A stretch of 64,000 bases of DNA from NCBI GenBank assembly GCA_031393955.1, contig JANMWI010000060.1, positions 2,694 to 66,693 on the forward strand. Direction: 5' to 3'. Of this stretch, positions 26,932 through 37,797 are shown piece by piece. The notes beneath the pieces were generated by a model. It was not told the origin of the DNA, made no database searches, and was given only the letters and a program-made list of their open reading frames with translations. Position 1 is the stretch's first letter, and the number at the start of each line of letters is the position of its first letter. This DNA is from Acidobacteriota bacterium. GTDB lineage: Bacteria; Acidobacteriota; Vicinamibacteria; Vicinamibacterales; 2-12-FULL-66-21. The position numbers and the translations under genes are program-made.

Positions 26932-29370
26932 CTACAGCACCGTCATCGGATCCACGTCCACCATTGTCCGGCGACGGATGTCCGGCCGGGTGGAGAGCAC
27001 CGCCTGGAGCGCCTGGCGCATCGCCGGCCGGTGGCTGCCCTTGAGGAACAGCTGCGCGCGATGCTCCCCTTTCAGCCGGCTGAGGGGGGCCGGCGCCGGT
27101 CCCAGCACGCGATATCCCTCGCCGCCGATCTGCAGCGCCTTGACGATCTCCCCGGCGTCGTCCATGGCGCCGTCCCGCGTCCTGGCCCGGACGACGGCGT
27201 TGATGAGCGCGACCGATGGCGGGTAGCGCATGCCGCGGCGGAAGATGATTTCCTCCGCGTAGAAGGCGGCGTAGTCCTGCCGGCAGGCGTGGCGGATGCT
27301 GTAGTGCTTCGGGTAGAGCGTCTGCACGACCGCCTCGCCGCGCATCTCTCCCCGGCCGGCGCGGCCGGCCACCTGGGTGAGGAGCTGGAACGTCCGCTCG
27401 GAGGCACGGAAGTCGGCCAGCCCGAGGCCGACGTCGGCCGAGATCACGCCGACGAGCGTGACGCGGGGGAAATCGTGCCCCTTCGCGATCATCTGGGTCC
27501 CGACCAGCACGTCGATTTCGCCGGCGCCGAAGCGCCCCAGGACGCCGGCAATCGCGCCGCGCTTGCGGATGGTGTCGCGGTCAACGCGGGCGACGCGGGC
27601 GCCAGGAAAGCGAGCGACGATTTCCGCCTCGACCCGCTCGGTGCCGAAGCCGACCTGCTCCAGGTACGGCCCGGCGCAGGCGGCGCAGACCTTCGGAATC
27701 GCCGCCGCGTAGTTGCAGTAGTGGCAGCGGGCGCGGCGCTCGGCGCGGTGGACGGTGAGCGACACGCTGCAGTTCGGGCACTCGAGCGTCTCGCCGCACT
27801 GGCGGCAGAAGACGGCGGTGGCAAAGCCGCGGCGGTTGAGGAGCACGATCGCCTGCTCACCCCGCGACAGCCGGTCGGCGATGCCGTCGCAGAGCACGCT
27901 GCTCAGGATCACGTCCGGTCCGGACTCGGCGAACTCCGCCCGCATGTCGACGACCCGGACGTCGGCCATCGGCCGATCGAGCACGCGCCGTTCGAGGGTG
28001 ATGAGCGAGTAGCGGCCGAGCTCGGCGTTGTGGAAGCTCTCGAGCGACGGCGTCGCCGAGCCGAGCACGACCAGCGCCCCGGCCTGCCGGCCGCGCACGA
28101 TCGCGACGTCGCGGCCGTGGTAGCGCGGGCTCTCCTCCTGCTTGTAGGAGCCGTCGTGCTCTTCGTCAACGATGATCACGCCGACCGAGGCAAGCGGCGC
28201 GAACACCGCCGAGCGCGTGCCGACGACGACGTCGACGTCGCCGCGGCGGATGCGCTGCCACTGATCGTAGCGCTCACCGTCGGAGAGGCCGCTGTGCTGG
28301 ATGGCGACGCGCTCGCCGAACGTTTCGCGGAACACCCCCGCGACCGCGGGCGTCAGCGCGATCTCCGGCACCAGCATCAAGACGCCGCGGCCCGAGCGGC
28401 GGACGGCGTCGGCGAGCCGCAGGTAGAGCTCGGTCTTGCCGCTGCCGGTGACGCCGTGCAGCACGACCGGCGTGAAGGTGCCGAGCGCGGCCAGCGCCTG
28501 GAGGCGCTCGAACGCGGCGGCCTGTTCTTCGGTCAGCTCGTGCGGCGGGCGCGGCGGCCGCGCCGCCAGCGCGGCCCCCTGCTCCATCGGATCGCGCTCG
28601 ATCCGCCGCCGCGAGATCGCCAGCAGCCCGAGTGCGGCGAGGCGCTTGACGGTCGCGGCGGTGATGCCGCGGGCATCGAGCGCGGCGGTGTCGAGACCGG
28701 CGGGAGCGGCGCGGAGCAGCGCCAGCGCCTCGCGCTGGCGCCCGCCGAGCCGGAGCGGAGAGCCGCCTGCCGCGTCAGGGCTGTCCGCGACGTCGATGCC
28801 CTGCACCGTCAGCGCCGCGAACCGCACCGTGCGGGATGCGTCGGCCGTCCCTTTGAGCGGCTGCGTCAGCTCGATCAGGCCGTCGCGCTGCAGTGCCTGC
28901 AGCGGGGCGGCGGAGCCCCCGGCCTTGACGAGCGCGTCGACGCGTACGACCTTGCCGCCGCTCAGCGCGTCGAGCACCCGCCGACTGGCGCCGCGCTCGG
29001 TCAGCAGCCGCGCCTCCCCGATCGACGTGATGCGGACGTAGCGCGCGCTCTCGACCCAGGCGCGCGGCGGCATCGCGGTCGCCAGCGCCTCGCCGGGGCC
29101 GGCGGCGTAGTAGTCGGCGACCCACAGCGCGAGGCGGACGACGTCGGCCGGCAGGAACGGCTCGGCGTCGAGCAGTTCGGTGACCGGCTTGATCCCCTCC
29201 GGGTCCTCAGCCGTTGCGGTGGTCTCGCTTGTGACGATGCCGGTCAGGGCGCGGTTGCCCAGCGGGACGAGGACGCGGGCACCGACGGCGGGTAATGGCA
29301 TGTCGTCGGGGAGTGCGTACGTGAGGGCGCCGAGCGCGGGGACGGGAACGGCGACGGCTATCAGGCGCAT
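26932..29370 (-). CDS. priA: Primosomal protein N' (replication restart helicase)
   Basis: GVTGSGKT, DEEH, SATPS, four CxxC pairs, QVAGRAGR. Confidence 0.97.
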   Translation of the reverse strand: MRLIAVAVPVPALGALTYALPDDMPLPAVGARVLVPLGNRALTGIVTSETTATAEDPEGIKPVTELLDAEPFLPADVVRLALWVADYYAAGPGEALATAMPPRAWVESARYVRITSIGEARLLTERGASRRVLDALSGGKVVRVDALVKAGGSAAPLQALQRDGLIELTQPLKGTADASRTVRFAALTVQGIDVADSPDAAGGSPLRLGGRQREALALLRAAPAGLDTAALDARGITAATVKRLAALGLLAISRRRIERDPMEQGAALAARPPRPPHELTEEQAAAFERLQALAALGTFTPVVLHGVTGSGKTELYLRLADAVRRSGRGVLMLVPEIALTPAVAGVFRETFGERVAIQHSGLSDGERYDQWQRIRRGDVDVVVGTRSAVFAPLASVGVIIVDEEHDGSYKQEESPRYHGRDVAIVRGRQAGALVVLGSATPSLESFHNAELGRYSLITLERRVLDRPMADVRVVDMRAEFAESGPDVILSSVLCDGIADRLSRGEQAIVLLNRRGFATAVFCRQCGETLECPNCSVSLTVHRAERRARCHYCNYAAAIPKVCAACAGPYLEQVGFGTERVEAEIVARFPGARVARVDRDTIRKRGAIAGVLGRFGAGEIDVLVGTQMIAKGHDFPRVTLVGVISADVGLGLADFRASERTFQLLTQVAGRAGRGEMRGEAVVQTLYPKHYSIRHACRQDYAAFYAEEIIFRRGMRYPPSVALINAVVRARTRDGAMDDAGEIVKALQIGGEGYRVLGPAPAPLSRLKGEHRAQLFLKGSHRPAMRQALQAVLSTRPDIRRRTMVDVDPMTVL

Positions 29371-29376
29371 GCGCGC

Positions 29377-30180
29377 CTACTCGGCAGGGACAGGCGCCGC
29401 GGCGGCCGGCGGGCGGCGGCCGAGCACTTCCAGCGCGGTCTTCAGATCCTCCCAGGCGTCACGCTTGTAGCCGGGGCTGCGCAGCAGGAACGAGGGATGG
29501 AACGTCGGAATCAGCTTCGCGCCGCGGAAATCGAAGACGCGTCCGCGCAGCTTCGAGATCGGCTCGGCGGTCTCGAGCAGCGTGCGCGCGGCAAACGCGC
29601 CGAGCGCAATCACGACCTTCGGTTCGATCGAGGCGATCTGGCGGAACAGGAACGGCTGGCAGGTCTGAATCTCGTCCGGCTCCGGGTTGCGGTTGCCGGG
29701 CGGCCGGCACTTGAGCACGTTGGCGATATAGACCTCATCGCGGCGCAGCCCCATGGCTTCGATCATCTTGGTCAGGAGCTGGCCGGCGCGGCCGACGAAC
29801 GGCACCCCCTGCTCGTCTTCGTCGGCTCCCGGCGCCTCGCCGACGAACATGATCTCGGCGGTCGCGCTGCCGGTGCCGAAGACGATCTGCCGGCGTCCGA
29901 GCGTGTGCAGCTTGCAGCGCGTGCACTCGCCGATGTCGGTGCGGATGTCGGCGAGGACCTCGGCGATCGGGCGGACCAGCACCGGACCGGCCGTCAGGTC
30001 GGACGCGGGCGGCAGCGAGGGATCACCAGCGGCGGCGGCTGGATCCGGCGATCCAGCCGGCGCCTCGGCCTGAACGTCGGCGGCCGCCGGCTGGTCGCGC
30101 CGGCGCCACTTGGCGTCGCGGCTCATGCCGCTGACACCAAGCTCTTCATAGAAACGAAGGTGATCGGCAAGCTGGCTCAT
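29377..30180 (-). CDS. udg: Uracil-DNA glycosylase family 4 (4Fe-4S)
   Basis: CTRC, GEAPG, FVGRAG, KCRPP.NR.P and HPS motifs; start at MSQLADH. Confidence 0.92.
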   Translation of the reverse strand: MSQLADHLRFYEELGVSGMSRDAKWRRRDQPAAADVQAEAPAGSPDPAAAAGDPSLPPASDLTAGPVLVRPIAEVLADIRTDIGECTRCKLHTLGRRQIVFGTGSATAEIMFVGEAPGADEDEQGVPFVGRAGQLLTKMIEAMGLRRDEVYIANVLKCRPPGNRNPEPDEIQTCQPFLFRQIASIEPKVVIALGAFAARTLLETAEPISKLRGRVFDFRGAKLIPTFHPSFLLRSPGYKRDAWEDLKTALEVLGRRPPAAAAPVPAE

Positions 30181-30181
30181 T

Positions 30182-31387
30182 TCAGCGGGCAATCCTTGCC
30201 AGCAGGCGTTCGGCGCGGTCGAGAATGCCGGCGGCAATCCGCGGCTTGGGGGCGAGCGCCAGGGTTTCGTCGCCGTCGCGGCTGATGATCGTCACGGCGT
30301 TGTCGTCCGAGTCGAAGCCGCCGCGATCCGCCGCGATGTCGTTGGCGACGATCAGGTCTGCCTGCTTGGACGCCAGCTTGGTCCGGCCGCGTGCCACCGG
30401 GTCGCCGCTCTCGGCGGCGAAGCCGACCAGGATCGGGCGATCGCCGCTGCCGCGCCGGCGGCCGAGCTCGGCCAGGATATCGACGGTGCGCACCAGCCGG
30501 AGCTCCAGCGGCGCGTCCGCCTTTTCGATCTTCCCCGCCGCGCGTCCGCCGGCCGGCGTGTAGTCCGCCACCGCGGCCGCCATCACCACGACATCCGCCT
30601 CGGCGGCGTGGTGCGCCACCGCGCGGTGCATCTCGTCGGCGCTGCGCACGGCGATCACTTCAACCCCCTGCGGCGGCGGCAGCTGCGACGGGCCGGAGAC
30701 CAGCACGACCCGCGCGCCGCGGCGGGCGGCCTCGGCGGCAATCGCGTAGCCCATCTTGCCGCTCGATCGATTGCCGATGTAGCGGACCGCGTCGTTGTCC
30801 TCGTAGGTCGGGCCGGCCGAGACCACCACCATCCGGCCGAGCAGCGACCCGGACGGCCGGAGGACGTGCTCGGCCGCCTCGACAATCTGCTCGGGCTCGG
30901 CGAGCCGGCCCTTGCCGATCCATCCGCACGCCAGGAAGCCCTCGCCGGGATCGACGAACCGGACGCCGGCCGCCTCGAGCGTGGCGATGTTCCGCCGCAC
31001 CACCGGGTGCTCCAGCATGTGCGTGTTCATGGCCGGCGCCATCAGCACCGGCGCGCGCGTCGCCAGGTAGAGGCTGCTCAGGAAGTCGTCGGCGATGCCG
31101 TTGGCGAACTTGCCGATCGCGTTGGCGGTCGCGGGCGCGACCAGCAGCAGCGCGATGTCGGTCGCCAGCGCGATATGTTCGATGCTGGCGTTGGCGCCGC
31201 GGGCGTACTGGTCGGTGATCACCGGCCGCCGGGTGATCGCCTCGAAGGTGACTTCGCCGACGAACTTCCGCGCCGAGCGGGTCATGATCGCGACGACCTC
31301 GTGGCCGCGCTTCTGCAGCCCGCGCGCGACCTCGACCGACTTGTAGGCGCCGATGCCGCCGGTGACGCCAAGGGCAATCAGTGCCAT
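30182..31387 (-). CDS. coaBC: Bifunctional phosphopantothenoylcysteine decarboxylase/synthetase
   Basis: GVTGGIGAYK, PAMN, LACG, NRSSGKMG, AAVADY and GFAAE motifs. Confidence 0.96.
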   Translation of the reverse strand: MALIALGVTGGIGAYKSVEVARGLQKRGHEVVAIMTRSARKFVGEVTFEAITRRPVITDQYARGANASIEHIALATDIALLLVAPATANAIGKFANGIADDFLSSLYLATRAPVLMAPAMNTHMLEHPVVRRNIATLEAAGVRFVDPGEGFLACGWIGKGRLAEPEQIVEAAEHVLRPSGSLLGRMVVVSAGPTYEDNDAVRYIGNRSSGKMGYAIAAEAARRGARVVLVSGPSQLPPPQGVEVIAVRSADEMHRAVAHHAAEADVVVMAAAVADYTPAGGRAAGKIEKADAPLELRLVRTVDILAELGRRRGSGDRPILVGFAAESGDPVARGRTKLASKQADLIVANDIAADRGGFDSDDNAVTIISRDGDETLALAPKPRIAAGILDRAERLLARIAR

Positions 31388-31412
31388 GCGGCCCTCCAGG
31401 TTGTGCAGTGCA

Positions 31413-32042
31413 TCACGGTCTCGTGTTGAACGTCGCGACGATGGTTTCGGCGGCGCGCCGCGCCGATCGCAGCCGGGTCCGCTCGGCGAGCACGATCGCG
31501 CGCATCCGGTCGACGCAGGCGTCGAGCTCGTCGTTGACGACGACGTAGTCGTATTCGGCGAACGCCGCCACCTCGTCGCGGGCGGTCTGCAGCCGGCGCT
31601 GCATGGCCGCCTCCGGATCGGCGCTCCGGCCGCGCAGCCGCTGCTCGAGCACGGCGTACGACGGCGGCAGCACGAACACGCCGACGGTGTCCGGCGTCCG
31701 GCGTCTGACCTGCCGCGCCCCCTGGACGTCGATGACCAGGACCAGGTCCTTGCCCGCCTGCAAATCGCGCTCGGCGTCGGCCGCGCCGGTGCCGTAGAAG
31801 TTGCCGAAGACGTCCGCCCACTCCAGGAAAGCGTCCGCCGCGATCATCTCCTGAAAGCGGCTGCGGGTGATGAAATTATAGTCGATGCCGTCGGCCTCGC
31901 CGGCCCGCGCCGCCCGCGAGGTGTACGACCGCGACATCGCCAGATCCGGCACGCACTGGACCAGCCGTTCGACGACGGTCGTCTTGCCGGTCCCCGACGC
32001 GGCGGAGACGACAAACAGCAGGCCGCGGCGCCGCTCACTCAA
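31413..32042 (-). CDS. gmk: Guanylate kinase
   Basis: SAASGTGKTT P-loop, TSR.AR.GE.DG.DY.F, YGT and IDVQG motifs. Confidence 0.95.
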   Translation of the reverse strand: MSERRRGLLFVVSAASGTGKTTVVERLVQCVPDLAMSRSYTSRAARAGEADGIDYNFITRSRFQEMIAADAFLEWADVFGNFYGTGAADAERDLQAGKDLVLVIDVQGARQVRRRTPDTVGVFVLPPSYAVLEQRLRGRSADPEAAMQRRLQTARDEVAAFAEYDYVVVNDELDACVDRMRAIVLAERTRLRSARRAAETIVATFNTRP

Positions 32043-32922
32043 CGTTCTGCACCTGCTCGCGCATCTTCTCGAGCTCCGCCTTCAGCGCGACCACCACTTC
32101 CGAGACGGCCGGGCCCTCGGCCTTCGATCCGAGGGTGTTGACCTCCCGGTTCATCTCCTGGATCAGGAAGTCGAGCTTCCGTCCGCACGGCTCCGGGCCG
32201 TCCGACAGTGCCCGCCAGTGCTCGAGATGCCCCCGGAAGCGGACGACTTCCTCGGTCACGTCGGACCGGCCGACGAACTTGGCGATCTCCTGCGCGATCA
32301 GACCTTCATCGGCGAGCGCTTCGGCGCGCAGGTCCCGCACCCGCGCCTCGAGCCGGGCGCGCAGCGCGGTCACGCCGGCATCCGCTGCCACCGCCGCGCG
32401 CTCGAATAGTTCGGCCAGCAGCGCGCGCCGGGCGTCGAGGTCCTTGGCCAGGTAGCCGCCCTCGCGCACCCGCATCCCGTCCAGTTCCTCGAGCGCCGCC
32501 TGGACCGCCGCCTCGACCCGCGCCGCCAGCGCGCCGTCGTCGTCCGGCGTCTCGGTCCGCTCGCGGATCGACAGCGCCTGCGGAAAGCGCAGCAAATCTC
32601 CCGGCGTCATCGCGCCGGTGATGAAGCCGCGCTCGCGCGCCTGGTCGAGCGCGCCGCCGAGCGCCGCGAGGAAGGCCTCGTTGAGCTCGACCTCGAGCGC
32701 CGGCACGCGCCCCTGCTGGACGCTGACCGACACTTCGACGCGGCCGCGGCCGAGCCGCCGCTGGACGAGCGCCCGCAGCCGCGGCTCAACCGCCGCCAGC
32801 GCCGACGGGACCCGCAGCTGCAGGTCCAGGAACTTGTGATTGACCGACCGGATCGTCACCCCAATCGTCGCCGCATCGTCATCCCGCGTCAGCGACGCGA
32901 ATCCCGTCATGCTTTTGATCAT
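32035..32922 (-). CDS. yicC: YicC/YloC family endoribonuclease
   Basis: [38 protein letters not shown] and REQVQNVE; true start 32922. Confidence 0.93.
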   Translation of the reverse strand: MIKSMTGFASLTRDDDAATIGVTIRSVNHKFLDLQLRVPSALAAVEPRLRALVQRRLGRGRVEVSVSVQQGRVPALEVELNEAFLAALGGALDQARERGFITGAMTPGDLLRFPQALSIRERTETPDDDGALAARVEAAVQAALEELDGMRVREGGYLAKDLDARRALLAELFERAAVAADAGVTALRARLEARVRDLRAEALADEGLIAQEIAKFVGRSDVTEEVVRFRGHLEHWRALSDGPEPCGRKLDFLIQEMNREVNTLGSKAEGPAVSEVVVALKAELEKMREQVQNVE

Positions 32923-34676
32923 GAAACAGATGGCTGCCGGTTCGGCGCACTTCCTCCGAAGATCTGCAGTGAATACAGTTTGGCGTAGACGCCCCCCTGC
33001 CGGGCGAGCAATTCCTCGTGGCGGCCAGTCTCGACCACGCGGCCGCGCTCGAGCACGATGATCGTATCGGCGCGGCGGACGGTCGACAGCCGGTGGGCGA
33101 TGACGAACGAGGTCCGGTCGCGCATCAGGTTCTGCAGCGCGTCCTGGACGAGCAGCTCGGACTCGGCGTCGAGCGACGAGGTCGCCTCGTCGAGGATCAG
33201 GATCGGCGAGTTCTTGAGCAGCGCCCGGGCGATCGCCAGCCGCTGCCGCTGACCGCCGGACAGCCGCTGGCCGCGCTCGCCGATCTCGGTCTCGTAGGCC
33301 TGTGGCAGCGCGGCGATGAAGTCGTGGGCGTGCGCGGCGCGCGCCGCCGCTTCGATCGCCGCCGCGGTCGCGCCGGTCGAGCCGTAGGCGATGTTGCTGG
33401 CGATGCTCTCGTCGAACAGCACCGTGTCCTGGGTGACGATGCCGACCTGGGCGCGGAGCGAGGCGATCGTCGCGTCGCGCAGGTCGACGCCGTCGACGAG
33501 GATCGCGCCGCCGGTGACGTCGTAGAACCGCGGCACCAGGTTCACCAGCGTCGTCTTGCCCGCGCCGCTCAAGCCGACGATGGCGACCACCTGGCCGACG
33601 CCGACCTTGAACGAGACGTCGCGGAGGATGTTCCTGCCGGGGCGATCGTCGTAACAGAACGTCACGTTCCTGAAGTCGATGCCGTGCGTCAGCCGGGCGA
33701 GCGGCCGTGCCGCCGGGCGCTCGATCACCTCCGAGTGGGTGTCGAGCAGTTCGAAGATCCGCTCCGAGGCGGCCATCGCCTGCTGGATGGTCGCGTTGAC
33801 TCGGCTGAGCTTTTTGATCGGGCCGTACATCATGAACGCGGCGGCGACGAACGAGGCGAATTCCCCCTGCGTCAGCGAGCCCTGCTGGATCTGCGTGCTG
33901 CCGTACCAGATCAGCGCCACCACGGCGACGCCGCCGAGCAGCTCCATCAGCGGCGGCAGGATTGCCAGGGCGCGCGTCACCCGCAGGTTGGTGCGATACA
34001 GCCGCTGCGAGGCGCGCCGGAAGCGGTCGGCCTCGTGCGCCTCGGCGCCGAAGGCCTTGACGATGCGGTGGCCGGTGAAGGCCTCGGCGGTGACATGCGA
34101 GAGATACTCGAGCTCCTCCTGGCTTTTCCGCGTCGTGCTGCGGATGCGCTTGCCGAAGCGGACCAGCGGATAGACCACCAGCGGCGCGCCGGTCACGGCG
34201 ACGAGCGCGAGCCGGGCGTCGACGTAGAAGAGATAGGCGGCAAAACCGACCACCGACAGCCCCTCGCGGAGGAGATCGCCAATCGTCTCGGAGACCGCCT
34301 GCTGGACCTGGTTGACGTCGTTGGTGATGCGCGACATCAGCTGGCCGGTGGTGCGGCGGCTGAAGAACGACGCCGACTGGTCGAGGATGTGCCGGAACAG
34401 ACGATCGCGGAGATCCCGGACGACGCGCTGGCCGACGTCGGTCATCAGGTAGGTCGAGGCGTAGGCGCTCGCCCCCTTGACGGTGTAGACGACCAGCAGG
34501 CGGATGCACCACGGCAGCAGGCCGGTGCCCGACGGCAGGACCTTGTCGATGACCGGCCGGATGAGCGCCGCCACCGCCGCGGTCGACGCCGCATAGAGGA
34601 CCATCGCCGCTCCGGCAGCGACGAACCGCCCGCGATACGGGCGGGCGTACCCCAGCAGGCGTTGGAGCGGATTCAC
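32919..34676 (-). CDS. MsbA-like ABC exporter (fused TMD-NBD; lipid or lipid-linked glycan flippase)
   Basis: TM domain plus [24 protein letters not shown] and IAHRLST. Confidence 0.9.
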   Translation of the reverse strand: MNPLQRLLGYARPYRGRFVAAGAAMVLYAASTAAVAALIRPVIDKVLPSGTGLLPWCIRLLVVYTVKGASAYASTYLMTDVGQRVVRDLRDRLFRHILDQSASFFSRRTTGQLMSRITNDVNQVQQAVSETIGDLLREGLSVVGFAAYLFYVDARLALVAVTGAPLVVYPLVRFGKRIRSTTRKSQEELEYLSHVTAEAFTGHRIVKAFGAEAHEADRFRRASQRLYRTNLRVTRALAILPPLMELLGGVAVVALIWYGSTQIQQGSLTQGEFASFVAAAFMMYGPIKKLSRVNATIQQAMAASERIFELLDTHSEVIERPAARPLARLTHGIDFRNVTFCYDDRPGRNILRDVSFKVGVGQVVAIVGLSGAGKTTLVNLVPRFYDVTGGAILVDGVDLRDATIASLRAQVGIVTQDTVLFDESIASNIAYGSTGATAAAIEAAARAAHAHDFIAALPQAYETEIGERGQRLSGGQRQRLAIARALLKNSPILILDEATSSLDAESELLVQDALQNLMRDRTSFVIAHRLSTVRRADTIIVLERGRVVETGRHEELLARQGGVYAKLYSLQIFGGSAPNRQPSVS

Positions 34677-35383
34677 TCGGTGAACCGGTACTTGAGCAGC
34701 ACCCACAGCGCGACGAAGCCGTCGCGCCAGGTAATCTTCTTGCCCTCGTCGTAGTTGCGGCCGTCGTAGGTGATCGGCACTTCGTAGACCCGGTAGCGGC
34801 GCTTGAAGATCTTCGCCGTCAGCTCCGGCTCGATGCCGAAGCCGTTCGACTCGAGCGTCATCGACCGCAGCACCTCGCTGCGCATCACCTTGTAGCAGGT
34901 TTCCATGTCCGACAGCATGGTGTTGTAGAGGACATTGGTGACGAGCGTCAGGAACCGGTTGCCGGCGTAGTGCGTGAACATGAAGACGCGGTGGCGGCCG
35001 AGGAACCGGGAGCCGTAGACGACGTCGGCGCGCCCCTCGCAGATGAGCGAGATCAGGCCGGGAAACTCCTCCGGGGAGTACTCCAGATCGGCATCCTGGA
35101 TCACGACCAGGTCACCGGTGACTTCGGCGAATCCCCGCCGGAGCGCCGCCCCCTTGCCGCCGTTCGACTGCTGCAGCACCAGTTTGAAGCTCAGCTCCCC
35201 GGCCAGCTGCGCCAGCAGGTCGCGGGTCCCGTCGCGCGAGCCGTCGTCGACGACAATCAACTCGATGCGGAGCGGCACCGCCAGCACGCGCCTGATGATC
35301 TCCTCGATCGTCTCGCGCTCGTTGTACGCCGGCATGACCACCGAGAGCAGCGGGTCAACGAGCTGCCCCTTGAGCCTCGACAT
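34673..35383 (-). CDS. Glycosyltransferase family 2 (polyprenol-phosphate mannosyltransferase-like)
   Basis: MPAYNE, VDDGS, QDADLEY, GSRF and DMETCYK motifs. Confidence 0.9.
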   Translation of the reverse strand: MSRLKGQLVDPLLSVVMPAYNERETIEEIIRRVLAVPLRIELIVVDDGSRDGTRDLLAQLAGELSFKLVLQQSNGGKGAALRRGFAEVTGDLVVIQDADLEYSPEEFPGLISLICEGRADVVYGSRFLGRHRVFMFTHYAGNRFLTLVTNVLYNTMLSDMETCYKVMRSEVLRSMTLESNGFGIEPELTAKIFKRRYRVYEVPITYDGRNYDEGKKITWRDGFVALWVLLKYRFTE

Positions 35384-36384
35384 CAGCGCGGTGCCCTGGC
35401 CTGATACCCGTCCGGGTGCGCCTCGCGCCACCGCCACGCCGTCTCGACGATCACGTCGACCTCCTCGAAGCGCGGTTGCCAGCCGAGCTCGCGCCGGATC
35501 CGCGCGCTCGATGCGTAGAGGATGCCCGGGTCGCCGGCCCGGCGGGGCCCTTTCGTATACGGCACCTTCCGGCCGACCACCCGCTCGATTGACTCGAGCA
35601 CGTCGCGCACCGAGGTCGGGCGGCCGTTGCCGAGGTTGTAGAAGGCGGAGGGGCCGCCGCCCCGCAGCGACTCCAGCGCCAGCAGGTGCGCCGCGGCCAG
35701 ATCGGTGACGTGGACGTAGTCGCGCAGGCAGGTGCCGTCGGGCGTGTCGTAGTCGTCGCCGAACACCTGGAAGGAGCCGCGGCCGAGCGCCGCGTCAATC
35801 GCCCGCGGAATGAGGTGGAGCTCGGGGGCGTGATCCTCGCCGAGCGCCCCGTCCGGATCGGCGCCGGCGGCGTTGAAATAGCGCAGCGTCACGGCGCGCA
35901 GGCCGTAGGCGGTCTCGTAATGCGGCAGCGCGTGCTCGATCGCGAGCTTGGTCTGGCCGTAGGCGTTGATGGGCGCCTTCGGATGGTCCTCGGTGATTGG
36001 CGTCTCGATTGGATTACCGAACACCGCCGCCGTCGACGAGAAGACCAGATGGCCGACCCGTTCGGCGACCATCGCGTCGAGCACCGCCAGCGCGCCGACG
36101 ACGTTGTTGCGGTAGTAGCCGGCGGGATCGCGGACCGAGTCGCCGACCGACAGCCACGCGGCAAAGTGCATCACCGCGTCGACGGCGTGGTCTCGCAAGG
36201 CCGCGCGCAGCCGGCCGCTGTCGTGAATGTCGCCGTCGATGACCGCCGTGGCATGACCGGCGGCCTCGGGGTGCCCCGCCGACATGTTGTCGTAGACGAT
36301 GACGCGATGGCCCGCCTCCGCCAGGCTCTTGACCGCGTGACTGCCGATATACCCTGCGCCGCCGGCGACCAGCACGCTGCTCAT
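35383..36384 (-). CDS. galE: UDP-glucose 4-epimerase
   Basis: [19 protein letters not shown] and [11 protein letters not shown] motifs. Confidence 0.95.
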   Translation of the reverse strand: MSSVLVAGGAGYIGSHAVKSLAEAGHRVIVYDNMSAGHPEAAGHATAVIDGDIHDSGRLRAALRDHAVDAVMHFAAWLSVGDSVRDPAGYYRNNVVGALAVLDAMVAERVGHLVFSSTAAVFGNPIETPITEDHPKAPINAYGQTKLAIEHALPHYETAYGLRAVTLRYFNAAGADPDGALGEDHAPELHLIPRAIDAALGRGSFQVFGDDYDTPDGTCLRDYVHVTDLAAAHLLALESLRGGGPSAFYNLGNGRPTSVRDVLESIERVVGRKVPYTKGPRRAGDPGILYASSARIRRELGWQPRFEEVDVIVETAWRWREAHPDGYQARAPR

Positions 36385-37679
36385 GGACGTCCTATCGAAA
36401 GATACGTGAACCCGTGGCCGCGGATCTGGTCGGGGTTGTAGAGGTTCCGGCCGTCGAAAATCACCGGGTCGCGCATCAGCTTGCGCATCCGCGGGAAATC
36501 CGGTTCGCGGAATTCATTCCATTCCGTGACGATGACAAGCGCGTCCGCGCCAGTGAGCGCCGCGTAGCCGTTCTCCGCGTACTTGATCGAGGACCCGAAG
36601 ATCCGCTTCGCCACCGCCATCGCTTCCGGATCGTACGCCTGGACGACAGCCCCCTCGTCGATCATCCCGGTGACGAGCGGCACCGACGGCGCCTCGCGCA
36701 TGTCGTCGGTGCGCGGCTTGAACGCCAGGCCCCAGACGGCAATCCGCTTGCCCTTGAGCGAGCCGAAGTGCTTCCGGAGCTTGCCGAGCAGGCGGAGCTT
36801 CTGCCGGTCGTTGACCGCCTCGACCGCCTGGAGGATGGCGAAGTCGTAGTGTTTCGCCGCCGCGAAACTGAGCATCGCCTTGACGTCTTTCGGGAAGCAG
36901 CTGCCGCCGTAGCCGACGCCCGGAAACAGGAACGACGATCCGATCCGCCGGTCGGCCGCGACCGCCCGCCGCACCTGGTCGACGTCTGCCCCGACCGCTT
37001 CGCAGACGTTGGCGACCTCGTTCATGAACGAGATGCGCGTCGCCAGCATCGCGTTTGCCGCGTACTTGCAGAGCTCGGCGCTGGCGCAGTCCATCAGCAT
37101 GATCGGCGCACCGGTGCGCGTGAACGGCGCGTAGAGCTCCTTCATCAGCTCCGCGGCGCGCGGGTCCTCGGCGCCAATCACGACCCGATCCGGCTTCATG
37201 AAGTCTTCAATCGCCGCCCCCTGCTTGAGGAACTCGGGGTTGCTGACGACGCTGAAGGGATGGGTGGTCTCGCGGCGGATGACGTCGCGGACCATCGCTG
37301 CCGTGCCGACCGGCACCGTGCTCTTGTTGACGATGACCTTGTAGCCGTTCATCGCCCGGGCAGTGTCGCGGGCGACGGCCAGGACGTGCTGGAGGTCCGC
37401 CGAACCGTCCTCCCCGGTCGGGGTGCCGACGGCAATGAAGATGATCTGGGCGTTGCGGACGCCGCGCTCGAGCGCCGTGGTGAACGCCAGCCGCTTCTCG
37501 GCGCGGTTGCGCCGGACCAGCTCCTCGAGGCCGGGCTCGTAGATCGGAATCTTGCCGCGCTGCAGGCACTTGACCTTGGCGGGGTCCTTGTCGATGCACA
37601 CGACATCGTTGCCGTTTTCAGCCAGGCAGGCCCCGGCCACGAGGCCGACATACCCACTCCCGACGACCGCAATCTTCAT
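36381..37679 (-). CDS. ugd: UDP-glucose 6-dehydrogenase
   Basis: GSGYVG, KSTVP, NPEFL, GYGGSCFPKD and FKP.TDDMR motifs. Confidence 0.95.
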   Translation of the reverse strand: MKIAVVGSGYVGLVAGACLAENGNDVVCIDKDPAKVKCLQRGKIPIYEPGLEELVRRNRAEKRLAFTTALERGVRNAQIIFIAVGTPTGEDGSADLQHVLAVARDTARAMNGYKVIVNKSTVPVGTAAMVRDVIRRETTHPFSVVSNPEFLKQGAAIEDFMKPDRVVIGAEDPRAAELMKELYAPFTRTGAPIMLMDCASAELCKYAANAMLATRISFMNEVANVCEAVGADVDQVRRAVAADRRIGSSFLFPGVGYGGSCFPKDVKAMLSFAAAKHYDFAILQAVEAVNDRQKLRLLGKLRKHFGSLKGKRIAVWGLAFKPRTDDMREAPSVPLVTGMIDEGAVVQAYDPEAMAVAKRIFGSSIKYAENGYAALTGADALVIVTEWNEFREPDFPRMRKLMRDPVIFDGRNLYNPDQIRGHGFTYLSIGRP

Positions 37680-37713
37680 CCAATCAGCCTTCCTTCCGCA
37701 CAGGAAACCCCTA

Positions 37714-37743
37714 ACGCTAGCACAGCCGAAAAAATAGTGTCAA
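37714..37743 (-). promoter_or_regulatory. Putative sigma70 promoter of the ugd-galE operon
   Basis: Minus strand TTGACA-N18-TAGCGT with an extended-10 TG, in an AT-richer divergent gap. Confidence 0.6.
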
Positions 37744-37797
37744 TCCATTGAACGACAAGGGTTTGTCGCACTTTCGTTGTGCTACGATTCGGCGCGC

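Noticed and set aside
32035-34512. 825-aa ORF suggesting a giant YicC fusion
   Set aside because: Only the last 295 aa (from MIKSMTG) are YicC; the rest is an alternative frame of the ABC exporter.
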